DNA from: Clostridiaceae bacterium | Lineage (GTDB): Bacteria; Bacillota; Clostridia; Saccharofermentanales; DTU023 | NCBI GenBank assembly: GCA_012838135.1 | Contig: DUPV01000032.1 | Location: 12,591-76,590, forward strand | Length of the DNA: 64,000 bases | Reading direction: 5' to 3' | In this document: positions 8,463 to 18,564 of the stretch, one piece after another | Position numbering within the stretch: the first letter of the stretch is position 1 | Layout of the letters: the number at the start of each line of letters is the position of its first letter | Notes under the pieces: model-generated | Seen by the model: the letters and a program-made list of their open reading frames with translations, nothing else | Told to the model about the DNA's origin: nothing | Database searches by the model: none | Program-made: the position numbers and the translations under genes

Positions 8463-9959
8463 ATGAACTTACATATTACCAAGTGGCTGAGATCCTTTTA
8501 TCGAAAATGGCTGAAGTTGATTAAAAATAAATTTAAAGCAGAAGAAGCAAGTTCAAGCTTATTTTTTTTAATATTGCTGCCTGCAGCAGTAATCGTTTTA
8601 TTTTTAACTTTTGAAAATGCTCAAATGAGAAGAGCCGAGCTGGATTTTGTGCGCGGTTGCGAAAACAGCCTGGATCTTACTTTAGCAGATTATGATCGAC
8701 AATTATGGCATGAATTCGGTCTGTGGGGAGTGGATAGTAATTTTATAAATCAACATAAAAATGAAATTGAACAAAATTTTGTTGAAAATAAACATAAAGC
8801 AAACATTGAAATTTCGGCATTGCATAGTCTTGACGAAACTGATCAGTTGAGAAAACAAATATTGCGTCATATGAGTGTGAGAGCCCCTTTTTTGGTAACC
8901 AAAGAAATTGTTAACAGAATAACCGATGTTAGTATTCTGGGTGAACAACTTAATAACAGTCCTATTTTAACAGCAATTACTTCCCAAAGTGATTTATTTG
9001 ATCCGGAGTCAATTCTTAATAATCCGGGTTCCGTTCCGGGTGATTTGGAAGATTTAGACGTAGAAATCGAACAAGAAGATCAAGACAGATTGGCTGAAAT
9101 GTCGAATACAGAACTCAATGCCTTATCCGAAACAGCTTTGAAAATTTTGGCAGATTTAACTGAAGAAGCCAAAACAATGATTATTCCGATGTATGAGTCA
9201 ACCGGCAATCAGGTTCCGGCAAATCCGCTTGCGCCAAGTTCATTGCAGAGTATTGCAAATTTTTCCGATCAATTATTGTTTAACTATGATATTCCGGTAA
9301 TCAGTCGGTTGCAGATCCAGGAATATATGTTCAATTATTATCCGATGCAGGTAACGGAATTGGAAATATCAGGCAATAAAACTCAACTACAAACACCTGA
9401 TGGCAGATTACATGTAGATTTGCAAGCAGCAGGCAGAAAAAATGAAATTGAGCAGATTATTTATAATACCGAAAATCCCGATTCGGCAGCATCTAAAGCC
9501 AAATGGAGCATTAGAGGAATTTGCTTCACCTATCATCTGATAGACAATTTTACCGATGCTGAGAAACAGTCTCATTATCTGCTGCAAGCAACAGGGATCA
9601 GTACAGCAATAGCGGCGGTCAGTTTCGGACATGTAGTAATTGATCCGCAATCATTGACATATTTAATAATTTTAATTGATTCATTGTCGCAAGCTTTTGC
9701 AGACTGTAATCAATTGTTGGCGGGAGAAGAAGTTTCTTTTGCTTTTGCTAATGCAAAGTTTGAGTTGAACTATCGGGATTTTATGCGAGTGTTTGCTTTA
9801 TTAAAAAAAGAGGATAAATTACTGACCGGAATTAATAATATGCGAAAAAAGACAATAGCAGGAAGTTTTATTACGTCGATTGAATTGAATGCTGATTTTC
9901 GTAATAGCTCACTCCGGCTAAGCAGGGAATTTTCAGATTATATTAGTGAAAAACAATAA
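8463..9959 (+). CDS. Hypothetical membrane-anchored protein, TadG/DUF5702-like (clostridial Tad-locus family, tentative)
   Basis: AGGTGG at 8451-8456 favours the ATG at 8463; the track start 8436 is the alternative. A basic leader is followed by one hydrophobic helix (SSSLFFLILLPAAVIVLFL). The stretches SLDLTLADYDRQLWHEFGLWGVD and NEIEQIIYN match my memory of that family. Confidence 0.5.
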   Translation: MNLHITKWLRSFYRKWLKLIKNKFKAEEASSSLFFLILLPAAVIVLFLTFENAQMRRAELDFVRGCENSLDLTLADYDRQLWHEFGLWGVDSNFINQHKNEIEQNFVENKHKANIEISALHSLDETDQLRKQILRHMSVRAPFLVTKEIVNRITDVSILGEQLNNSPILTAITSQSDLFDPESILNNPGSVPGDLEDLDVEIEQEDQDRLAEMSNTELNALSETALKILADLTEEAKTMIIPMYESTGNQVPANPLAPSSLQSIANFSDQLLFNYDIPVISRLQIQEYMFNYYPMQVTELEISGNKTQLQTPDGRLHVDLQAAGRKNEIEQIIYNTENPDSAASKAKWSIRGICFTYHLIDNFTDAEKQSHYLLQATGISTAIAAVSFGHVVIDPQSLTYLIILIDSLSQAFADCNQLLAGEEVSFAFANAKFELNYRDFMRVFALLKKEDKLLTGINNMRKKTIAGSFITSIELNADFRNSSLRLSREFSDYISEKQ

Positions 9960-10089
9960 AAAACATGAGTTTCTTCATTATGACTAACCCTTATTAAACA
10001 GGGACAATTCAGATTAGGTTAAGGCAAATATATAGAAATATATCAATTTTTGAAATAATCGCTCCGATTAAACGAGAAAGTTTCAGATT

Positions 10090-11145
10090 ATGTTCAAGGA
10101 TACAAAAAGACAAATTGTAAGTTTTATCAGCAAATGTAAGTTACACAAAGAAGATGGCGGGATAGTTTTTGATGCAGCCATTATTATGCCGTTAATAATA
10201 TTTATCTGTTACTTCATGCTTAGTATCACGCTGACGATTCAACATGATATAATAATGCGTTATGCCTTGGATCAAACAGCAAAAGAACTGTCCCTAATAA
10301 TTCCGTTGGCAGAGGGTATCTCTTCAGAAATTGAACAAAGTTCAATAGATAATTTGATCGATTCAATTTTACCCGAATTTGCATCCGAATTCAGACAAGC
10401 AGAGGGTGATTTGGCAGGTTCAATTTTTTTACAAAATTTTTTACAAACTCGGATTGAAAAATGGTTAATTGATGGAGCTAATCGACTAAAAATTAAAATA
10501 CCATCTGATCAAAGACAGGTTATTTTGACCACAATTTCTGATCATAGTTTACAATTAAAACTGTTCTATCATGTAAAAACTCCCTGGACAATAACTGAAA
10601 AAAGTGCAGTAAGTTATGTTCCGATCTGGACAAAATATGACAGTAAATATCAGTTGAATAGTGGGACAAATGATGAACATGCTAAAATAGCAGACAATAT
10701 ATGGACAGAGCATAATTTTGTACGTGGTAAATATTTTCGAGAACAATATAAAGCGAATCTTCCTTTTAATTATCCGACAATTTGTCGCTATCAAGCCGGA
10801 GAGATTATGGCTGTTAGAAGTCTTGACTTAACTGCTCCTAGTTACAATTCGCCTGAAAAGGTAAGGTTGCAAATCGAACAGGAGATTAATAATTTGGCAA
10901 GCTTTAACGGTTCAGAGCGTGATACCGGTTTACCTGTGTCTAAGATTACTTCAGCTGATATAAAGACACGTAAATTAATTATTGTATTACCCGGAAATTC
11001 CGGCTTTGATTTGAGTTCTCAATTATTTAAAAATATTGAAGTATTTGCTTCAAACTCCGGTGTCACAATACAAATTGATATTAGAGGCAACAGTTATCGT
11101 TATTTACCGAAACCGGAAACAGAAAATTCCGGCAAGAAAGAATAA
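10090..11145 (+). CDS. Hypothetical protein with a TadE-like N-terminal segment and an unassigned C-terminal globular domain
   Basis: The leader ends in GG and is followed by IVFDAAIIMPLIIFICYFML (compare G/xxxVEFALxxP). The RBS is weak. The C-terminal ~150 aa has no motif I can name. Confidence 0.5.
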   Translation: MFKDTKRQIVSFISKCKLHKEDGGIVFDAAIIMPLIIFICYFMLSITLTIQHDIIMRYALDQTAKELSLIIPLAEGISSEIEQSSIDNLIDSILPEFASEFRQAEGDLAGSIFLQNFLQTRIEKWLIDGANRLKIKIPSDQRQVILTTISDHSLQLKLFYHVKTPWTITEKSAVSYVPIWTKYDSKYQLNSGTNDEHAKIADNIWTEHNFVRGKYFREQYKANLPFNYPTICRYQAGEIMAVRSLDLTAPSYNSPEKVRLQIEQEINNLASFNGSERDTGLPVSKITSADIKTRKLIIVLPGNSGFDLSSQLFKNIEVFASNSGVTIQIDIRGNSYRYLPKPETENSGKKE

Positions 11146-11471
11146 TAACCCCAAAAAAGAACAATACTTAAAAATGAGTAATAATTAAATTAATTAGAAT
11201 ATTTATCGAGTTAATAAGTTATTAAGTTGCAAGATGAAATGCAAATTTCAGTTTGCGTTGTAATTTATAAATAATTAATCAAGATACAATATTAAATTGC
11301 TTTAAAAAAAATGATAAGCTATCATTTAAGATGATTTTATTGAAATAATAATAAAACAAACTGAGTACGTTAAGTAAATTAAGTATATTAAATAAACTAA
11401 ACAAATCAAAAGAATTAAACTATATTAATGATACGTATTACGTACAAGGATATAAGAAAGACATTAGAGAT

Positions 11472-14312
11472 ATGGGACTTTTTTCAAAAATCTTCGGAAC
11501 TTATTCGGAGCGAGAAATCAAGAAAATTACGCCGCTGCAAAAACAAGTTTTGGATTTAGCAGATAAATATAAAAACATGTCAGAGCAAGAATTGCGTGGA
11601 CAGACCGAAAAATTTAAAAAGCGTTTGGCTCAGGGTGAGACTTTAGACGATATTTTGCCTGAAGCCTTTGCGACAGTCAGAGAAGCTTCACGCCGAGTTC
11701 TTGGCATGTATCATTTCCCGGTTCAGATTCTCGGCGGAATTATTTTGCATCAAGGCAGAATAGCTGAAATGAAAACCGGTGAAGGTAAAACTTTAGTTGC
11801 AACCCTACCGGTTTATCTTAATGCTTTAGCCGGTAAAGGTGTTCATGTTGTTACGGTTAATGACTATTTGGCAGAACGTGACAGCGAATGGATGGGTAAA
11901 ATCTATCGTTATTTAGGTCTGAGTGTGGGTTTGGTAATTCGCGGTCTTTCAAAAGCTGAGAAGCAGAGAGCTTATAATAGTGATATAACTTATGGTACCA
12001 ACAATGAATTTGGCTTCGATTATTTACGAGATAATATGGTTACCTCGGTTGAACAATTGGTTCAACGTGATTTGAATTATGCAATTATTGATGAGGTTGA
12101 CAGTATTTTGGTTGATGAGGCCAGAACTCCTTTGATTATTTCAGGTTCGAGCGGTGAATCATCTGAATTATATGAAAAGGCCAATCAATTAATTGTGCGT
12201 CTTAAAGGTAAAACTTTTAAAGAAACCGATAGTAAGCTTTCTTATGAAGAAAGGGCTGAGCTTGAAGGCGATGCTGATTACATTGTTGATGAAAAAGCCA
12301 AAAGTACAATTTTAACACAACGCGGTGTGCAAAAAGCGGAAAAATTCTTTGGTTTAGAGAATTTGACAGATCAAGAAAACTATTTGATTAATCATCATAT
12401 TAACAACGCTTTGAAGGCACATGGTACGATGTTCCGTGATCAGGACTACATTGTTGACGGTGGTGAAGTTATTATTGTAGATGATAATACCGGTCGTTTG
12501 ATGCCGGGCAGAAGATATAGTAACGGACTCCATCAGGCGATAGAAGCCAAAGAAGGTGTCAAAGTTGAACGTGAAAGCAAAACCTTGGCAACAATTACAT
12601 TTCAAAATTATTTTAGAATGTATCGTAAATTATCCGGTATGACCGGTACTGCAATGACGGAAGAAGATGAATTTAAGGAAATTTATGCTTTGGATGTTGT
12701 GACGATTCCTACCAATGAACCGATGATCAGACAGGATTTATCTGATGCAGTATATAAAACCGAAGCCGGAAAATATAGTTCGCTAATCAGATTGGTGAAA
12801 GAGATTCATGAAACCGGTCAGCCGATTTTGGTCGGTACAATTTCAGTTGAAAAATCGGAAGTTATTTCTGCCTTATTTACTAAAGCCGGAATAAAGCACA
12901 ATGTATTAAATGCCAAACATCATCAACGTGAAGCAGAAATTGTCGCACAAGCAGGACGTTTAGGTGCAGTGACTATCTCGACCAATATGGCGGGTCGCGG
13001 TACGGACATTATGCTTGGTGGTAATGCCGAATATATGGCAAAACAAGAAATGCGAAAACAGGGATATGCAGAAGAATTGATTGAAGAAGCTGATTCCTAC
13101 AATATTACTGATAATCAAACAGTTCTTGATGCCAGAGCTCTATTTCAAGAATTACAAAATAAATTTGAAGCATCAATTGCGGACGAAAAACAACAAGTTA
13201 TTTCCAGTGGCGGTCTATATATTGTCGGTACTGAAAGACATGAATCACGACGGATTGATAATCAGTTGCGTGGTCGTTCCGGACGTCAGGGTGATCCGGG
13301 CACCAGTAAATTTTATTTGTCTTTAGAAGATGATTTACTGCGCTTGTTCGGTGGTGAAAGGATGGAGACCATTTTCAATGCCTTCGGTATTGAAAGTGAT
13401 ATGGAAATTGAACATCCGATGCTTACCAAAACGATTGAGTCAGCACAACGCAGAGTGGAGGCTCAAAACTTCAGCATTAGAAAAAATGTTTTGCAATATG
13501 ACGATGTCATGAATCAACAACGTGATTTAATATATAAACAAAGAAAAGAAGTTCTGCATGGCGAGAATGTTCATCCCTATTTCGTAAAATATATTCAAGA
13601 TATTGTTACAAGCAATGTGAATTCTTTAACCATGGGTTCCTCAGATACCGGAGAATGGGATATCGGAACTTTAGTATCGCGTTTACGAGACATATTAGGT
13701 GATTTGGTGACCATTAATAAATTAAAAACGATTAGCGGTAAGGTGTCACCTGAAGAAATAGCTGATCAAATAATCCAGGAAGCATTGGAAGTTTTAGAAA
13801 ACAAAGCAGCAGATCTCGGTTCAGAAGAAATTTTATATCAAGCTGAACGCTATGTATTACTCAATGCGGTTGATAATCACTGGATGGATCACATCGATGC
13901 AATGGATAACTTGCGTGATAGTATAGGAGTGCGGGGATATGCTCAACATGATCCGGTAATTGAATACAAACGCGAAGGATTTGAGATGTTTGATGCGATG
14001 ACTGCGGGAATTCAAGAAGATGCCGTGCGCCTGATCATGCGAGCTCAAATCACAACCGATCAATCAAGAGAGATGAAAGGCAGAGAAGTTCCCAAAGAAT
14101 TGAGCGAAGGTCGTAAAGGCTCACAAAATACAGCCTTTAACATAGCTAAAGCAGCCGGCGGAGGAGGCGGTCAGAGCCAACCTGCAGCACCGCCGAAACA
14201 GGCACCGGTTAAGAAAAAAGTTATTCCGGGCAGAAATGAACCTTGTTGGTGTGGCAGTGGTAAAAAATATAAAAACTGCCATCTGCGTCAAGACGAAGCG
14301 GAAAACAGTTAA
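11472..14312 (+). CDS. secA: Preprotein translocase ATPase SecA
   Basis: MKTGEGKTL Walker A, DEVDSILVDEARTPLIISG, and a C-terminal zinc-binding tail CWCGSGKKYKNCH. 946 aa. Confidence 0.97.
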   Translation: MGLFSKIFGTYSEREIKKITPLQKQVLDLADKYKNMSEQELRGQTEKFKKRLAQGETLDDILPEAFATVREASRRVLGMYHFPVQILGGIILHQGRIAEMKTGEGKTLVATLPVYLNALAGKGVHVVTVNDYLAERDSEWMGKIYRYLGLSVGLVIRGLSKAEKQRAYNSDITYGTNNEFGFDYLRDNMVTSVEQLVQRDLNYAIIDEVDSILVDEARTPLIISGSSGESSELYEKANQLIVRLKGKTFKETDSKLSYEERAELEGDADYIVDEKAKSTILTQRGVQKAEKFFGLENLTDQENYLINHHINNALKAHGTMFRDQDYIVDGGEVIIVDDNTGRLMPGRRYSNGLHQAIEAKEGVKVERESKTLATITFQNYFRMYRKLSGMTGTAMTEEDEFKEIYALDVVTIPTNEPMIRQDLSDAVYKTEAGKYSSLIRLVKEIHETGQPILVGTISVEKSEVISALFTKAGIKHNVLNAKHHQREAEIVAQAGRLGAVTISTNMAGRGTDIMLGGNAEYMAKQEMRKQGYAEELIEEADSYNITDNQTVLDARALFQELQNKFEASIADEKQQVISSGGLYIVGTERHESRRIDNQLRGRSGRQGDPGTSKFYLSLEDDLLRLFGGERMETIFNAFGIESDMEIEHPMLTKTIESAQRRVEAQNFSIRKNVLQYDDVMNQQRDLIYKQRKEVLHGENVHPYFVKYIQDIVTSNVNSLTMGSSDTGEWDIGTLVSRLRDILGDLVTINKLKTISGKVSPEEIADQIIQEALEVLENKAADLGSEEILYQAERYVLLNAVDNHWMDHIDAMDNLRDSIGVRGYAQHDPVIEYKREGFEMFDAMTAGIQEDAVRLIMRAQITTDQSREMKGREVPKELSEGRKGSQNTAFNIAKAAGGGGGQSQPAAPPKQAPVKKKVIPGRNEPCWCGSGKKYKNCHLRQDEAENS

Positions 14313-14360
14313 TTAAAATTCATAACCATTTGTTATTAAAATTAAGTTGAAAATAATTGC

Positions 14361-16433
14361 CTAAAATAGTTTTACGATAAAAGTTTCGTAGGGACGAAGT
14401 TCACTGTTTTTAATAAAGTCTTGTTGATTACGATCGGGATAATTGGAAATTAGAATTGTACGATCAAGAGATCCAGGGGTTTTAATATTATTTTCCTCAG
14501 CTTGACGTAACAATTGCGAAGGATTGAAGCCGATTACGTTTAAAACTTCATCGGTTAAATTGGCTTCAATATAAAATGCATGATGATCATCATAACGGAA
14601 ATAACGCAGGATGCTGGCATTGAATTTACTGATGATTTCCAAATTGCCGTAAACTAAGGTGGCGTAATGTGAACGCAGAGAAGTCAGTGAACGGTAATAG
14701 TTGAGGATTGAATGAGAATCATTACCTTGTTCAGCAACACTCATTTTGGGATCGGCAAAACAGTCAATCCAAGTTGTACTATTTTGGGAGAAATCTCCGT
14801 TGAGATATTCATTGTCCCAAACTATTGGTACTCTGGCGTGGTCTCGGCTACCCCGAATTATGCGGTCAAGCAATCCGGAATCTTCTGCAAAATATAGTTG
14901 TTCATTTAATTTTTCATATCGCAGTTGACTTTCGATATCTCTTATTTGCTCAATGCTATGGAATGGTGCATTGATTTGCCCCAATTCCTGGCCTTGATAT
15001 AACATGACGGTCCCTTTAGCGGTCAATTGCAGGGTTGCAATCAATTTGGCTATTTGATTACGGTAAAGAATATGATTTTGCATTCGACTGACAATTCTTG
15101 GATGTTTAGGATCTTCACAAAACAACACAGGCCAATATGAATTATCTGCTGTCAACTGCATTTTGAGCCAAACATTACTTAAATAGTCGAGTGGTAAATA
15201 ATTAGATTGAAAACGACGCTGTCCTGGTTCTTCAAATTGATTATAGCTCAATCCGAGATCACTGCGTTTTGTAGCATCACCACTGATTAGTCTGGTGTAA
15301 TTATCGTGCATTCTCAAGCAATCGGCAATGATTAAGAAATCGGGCGAATCTTTTTTTAGGGCTGTATAAATTTCATTCAGCCAATCTAATAGTTTGGGCT
15401 GATAGATATAGTTTTCGATTCCGGAAACACCGGTTAAAACGGCCAAAGACTTGCTGCCCTCAGGATAGGCTTCGTTTTTGGCAATAATTGAAGCCGACTC
15501 AAGAAATAATCCGTCAACACCGAAATTTTTCCAATAAATCATGACTTTGATCATCTCTTCTCGGACAAAATCCATATCCCAATTCAAATCCAATTGCTTC
15601 GAACTCTTAAGATGTAAATAATAATTCTTATTAATACGTTGATAAAGCCATGCCGAATCACCATAAAAAGACTGCCAATTGTTTGGCCCGTCATTTACAA
15701 TGTAGAAATTTTTGTTTTTTGCAATATTGCTAATTTTATCTTTTCTGAATTTGTTATCAAAATCATTTATATTGGAACTATCAATTTTCTCATTAAAGAT
15801 GTCAAACCAAGCATGTTGATCTGAGGTTTGACTTATTGGTAGAGTCAAGATTACTTTTAAATTATTTTGGTGGCACAACATGATTAATTCACGCAGATCT
15901 TTTTTTGATCCGAACAATGGATTAATTTCGTAAAAATCTTTAATATCGTAGCCTGCATCAACCATTGGCGAGTCAAATATCGGGCTTAGTAAAATTGTAT
16001 CTACATTCAATGACATAATATGTTCAAGACGTTCAATAATTCCCTTAATATCACCAATACCGTCATCATTAGCGTCTTGAAAGCTGGGCACGAAAATCTG
16101 ATAAATAATACTACTTTTCCACCATTTATGGTTAAACGATATTTTATCCGGGTAAATATCTTGGCGTTTTTCGTATTGATTAAGTTTTTCCACGATCCAT
16201 GTCGCAATCCTGCGGTCGAACATGATTTGGGTAATACGTTGAATGACCGCATATGATTTTAATTTTATTGATCGAAGATAAAATTTATTGAAATCTTCAA
16301 CAGTTTTACCTGAATAATAAGCAATGAAAGATAAGAGTTCGTAACCGATAATTGATTCCAAGACATCTCCCAGTGTAGAGTTTATAGTCCATTTCTCATT
16401 ATTCTGATTCATATACACCTCATTCTGATTCAT
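14361..16433 (-). CDS. GH13 (oligo-1,6-glucosidase / trehalose-6-P hydrolase-like) family protein with substituted catalytic residues and a ~110-aa N-terminal extension
   Basis: Collinear with GH13 subfamily enzymes from KWWKSSIIYQIFVPSFQDANDDGIGDIKGI to the C-terminal beta domain. Start candidates are ATG 16433 or 16412, each preceded by AGGTG; the track start 16460 is less likely. Confidence 0.8.
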   Translation of the reverse strand: MNQNEVYMNQNNEKWTINSTLGDVLESIIGYELLSFIAYYSGKTVEDFNKFYLRSIKLKSYAVIQRITQIMFDRRIATWIVEKLNQYEKRQDIYPDKISFNHKWWKSSIIYQIFVPSFQDANDDGIGDIKGIIERLEHIMSLNVDTILLSPIFDSPMVDAGYDIKDFYEINPLFGSKKDLRELIMLCHQNNLKVILTLPISQTSDQHAWFDIFNEKIDSSNINDFDNKFRKDKISNIAKNKNFYIVNDGPNNWQSFYGDSAWLYQRINKNYYLHLKSSKQLDLNWDMDFVREEMIKVMIYWKNFGVDGLFLESASIIAKNEAYPEGSKSLAVLTGVSGIENYIYQPKLLDWLNEIYTALKKDSPDFLIIADCLRMHDNYTRLISGDATKRSDLGLSYNQFEEPGQRRFQSNYLPLDYLSNVWLKMQLTADNSYWPVLFCEDPKHPRIVSRMQNHILYRNQIAKLIATLQLTAKGTVMLYQGQELGQINAPFHSIEQIRDIESQLRYEKLNEQLYFAEDSGLLDRIIRGSRDHARVPIVWDNEYLNGDFSQNSTTWIDCFADPKMSVAEQGNDSHSILNYYRSLTSLRSHYATLVYGNLEIISKFNASILRYFRYDDHHAFYIEANLTDEVLNVIGFNPSQLLRQAEENNIKTPGSLDRTILISNYPDRNQQDFIKNSELRPYETFIVKLF

Positions 16434-16441
16434 ATACACCT
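16401..16441 (-). repeat. Tandem 21-bp duplication covering the RBS and start codon of the GH13-like gene
   Basis: 16401-16420 equals 16422-16441 (attctgattcatatacacct). On the coding strand this reads AGGTGTATATGAATCAGAAT twice, giving the duplicated peptide VYMNQN. Confidence 0.9.
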
Positions 16442-16460
16442 TAATCTTTAAAATTAACAT

Positions 16461-16493
16461 TAAAAAAGCCGTACCTATATTTTGGTACGGCTT
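16461..16493 (-). terminator. Rho-independent terminator of tkt
   Basis: Perfect 10-bp stem aagccgtacc (16466-16475) / ggtacggctt (16484-16493) with an 8-nt loop. On the minus strand it is followed by a T-run (complement of 16461-16467). Confidence 0.7.
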
Positions 16494-16581
16494 GAGTTAT
16501 TAATCAAGTAATTTTTCAATATTCTTAATTGAATTGAATTTTTAAACTTACAGTTAAGTTGTTTAAACTTGATTTAGTAAT

Positions 16582-18564
16582 TTAGAGTAATTCATTTGCA
16601 GCATCCAAAACAGCTTGTTTATTGATACCGAATTCTTTAAATAGAATATTAGCAGGTGCAGATGCTCCGAAATGATCTATACCAATGACTATTCCGTTTG
16701 AGCCGACTAAACGATACCAAGGCATTGTTGCACCGGCTTCAATTGAGATTCTTTTGGTTACAGCGGCAGGTAAGACTTCTTCTTGATAAGCTGCATCTTG
16801 TTCCAAGAAAGCATCCATGCACGGAATTGAAACTACACGAACTTTTTTGCCTTGTTCGGTTAATTCCTGTTGTGCTTCCAGAGCAGGTCTAACTTCAGAA
16901 CCGCTTGCCATAATAATTAATTCGGGGGTACCTTCGCAATCTTGGAAAATATAACCTCCCTTGATTGCATCTATGCCGGATTGTTCATAAGTGGGCAGGT
17001 TTTGTCTGGTCAGAGCTAAGAAGGTCGGCTTTTTCTCTTTTAAATTAAAGAGATAAGCAGCAGCAGTTTCTTTACCGTCGGCAGGTCGGAATACATAAGT
17101 ATTGGGAGTTGCCCGCAACATACTGAGTTGTTCAATTGGCTGATGGGTAGGACCGTCTTCACCGACACCAATACTGTCATGGGTAAGAATAAAGAGCGAG
17201 GGTACATTCATGATCGAAGACAGACGGAATGCGGCTTTCATATAATCTGCAAAGACAAAGAAAGTTGCACCGAAAGCGTGAACACCACCGTGTAAATTCA
17301 TACCGTTAACGATACAAGCCATTGCGAATTCACGAATTCCATAATGGATATTACGTCCGCTGTGATTTTCGGCTGAAAAATAACCCAAACCCGGCATATT
17401 GGTATTGTTTGAAGGTGCTAAATCTGCCGAACCGCCGATTAATCCGGGTACATGTTTAGCGACAACATTCAAGACGCTGCCGCTGGTTTTTCTGGTAGCT
17501 TGTTCGCCGGAGAAATCCCATAGAGCAGGATCATTTTCTAAGGCTTCAAGATCAGGCTCCATACATTCGGCAAATTCTTTAGCCAGTTCCGGATTAGCTT
17601 TCTGCCATGCAGCAAAAGTTTCATTCCATATTTTTTCATCTTCAGATAATCTGGCTTGAACATCTGCCATATAATCTTTTAATTCTTGCGGAATTTCTAA
17701 TGCCGGTAAATTAACATCCCAACCCAAATATTCTTTTGTTTTGACGATGTTTTCGTCACCTAAAGGACTGCCGTGTGTAGCTTCACTACCTGCTAACGGA
17801 GAACCGTAACCGATATTACTATGCAGGATAATCATTGTAGGTTGCTCTTTATTAGCTTTAGCTTCTTCAATTGCTTTGGCAATTGCATCGGTATCATTAG
17901 CGTCGGCTACGGATAATACCTGCCATCCATATGATTTGTAACGTGCTGCTACATCTTCGGTAAAAGCCAAATCGGTAGAGCCCTCAATTGTAATTTCATT
18001 ACGGTCGTAGAAAAGAATTAACTTATTTAATTTTAAGTGTCCGGCCAAAGAGGATGCTTCGCCACTGACTCCCTCCATTAAGCAACCATCACCGGATAAT
18101 ACATAGGTATAGTGATCAATAATTTTTTGTTCATCCGTATTAAACCGAGCTGCCAAATGAGCCTCCGCCATTGCAAAACCTACAGCTGAGGCAATACCTT
18201 GACCTAAAGGCCCCGTGGTCATTTCAACGCCCTCGGTGTCCAAATATTCTGGATGACCCGGCGTTTTACTTTGCCATTGTCTGAATTGTCCAAGGTCTTC
18301 AGTTGTTAATCCATAACCAAATAGATATAGTAATGAATACATCAACATTGATGCATGCCCGGCACTTAAGATAAATCGATCACGGTTAAACCAGTCCGGA
18401 TTATTTGGATTATGTTTCATATGATTTGCCCATAATTCAAAAGCGATCGGCGCAGCCCCTAAAGGCATTCCCGGATGTCCGGAATTTGCTTTTTGGATAG
18501 CATCAATCGACAGTACACGTAGAGCATTAATACCCAGCAGATCCATTTGCATGTTGTTTTTCAT
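16582..18564 (-). CDS. tkt: Transketolase
   Basis: 660 aa with [12 protein letters not shown] and the TPP-binding [10 protein letters not shown]. It is collinear with bacterial Tkt throughout. GGAGG RBS is present. Confidence 0.95.
   Translation of the reverse strand: MKNNMQMDLLGINALRVLSIDAIQKANSGHPGMPLGAAPIAFELWANHMKHNPNNPDWFNRDRFILSAGHASMLMYSLLYLFGYGLTTEDLGQFRQWQSKTPGHPEYLDTEGVEMTTGPLGQGIASAVGFAMAEAHLAARFNTDEQKIIDHYTYVLSGDGCLMEGVSGEASSLAGHLKLNKLILFYDRNEITIEGSTDLAFTEDVAARYKSYGWQVLSVADANDTDAIAKAIEEAKANKEQPTMIILHSNIGYGSPLAGSEATHGSPLGDENIVKTKEYLGWDVNLPALEIPQELKDYMADVQARLSEDEKIWNETFAAWQKANPELAKEFAECMEPDLEALENDPALWDFSGEQATRKTSGSVLNVVAKHVPGLIGGSADLAPSNNTNMPGLGYFSAENHSGRNIHYGIREFAMACIVNGMNLHGGVHAFGATFFVFADYMKAAFRLSSIMNVPSLFILTHDSIGVGEDGPTHQPIEQLSMLRATPNTYVFRPADGKETAAAYLFNLKEKKPTFLALTRQNLPTYEQSGIDAIKGGYIFQDCEGTPELIIMASGSEVRPALEAQQELTEQGKKVRVVSIPCMDAFLEQDAAYQEEVLPAAVTKRISIEAGATMPWYRLVGSNGIVIGIDHFGASAPANILFKEFGINKQAVLDAANELL

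Noticed and set aside
11311-11325. Short palindromes upstream of secA (ATGATA-AGC-TATCAT at 11311-11325) and the 11-nt direct repeat gtaacaaaata (24235 and 24254) upstream of the Ca-ATPase gene
   Set aside because: Repeats of 6-11 nt are expected by chance in long AT-rich spacers. There is no supporting context.
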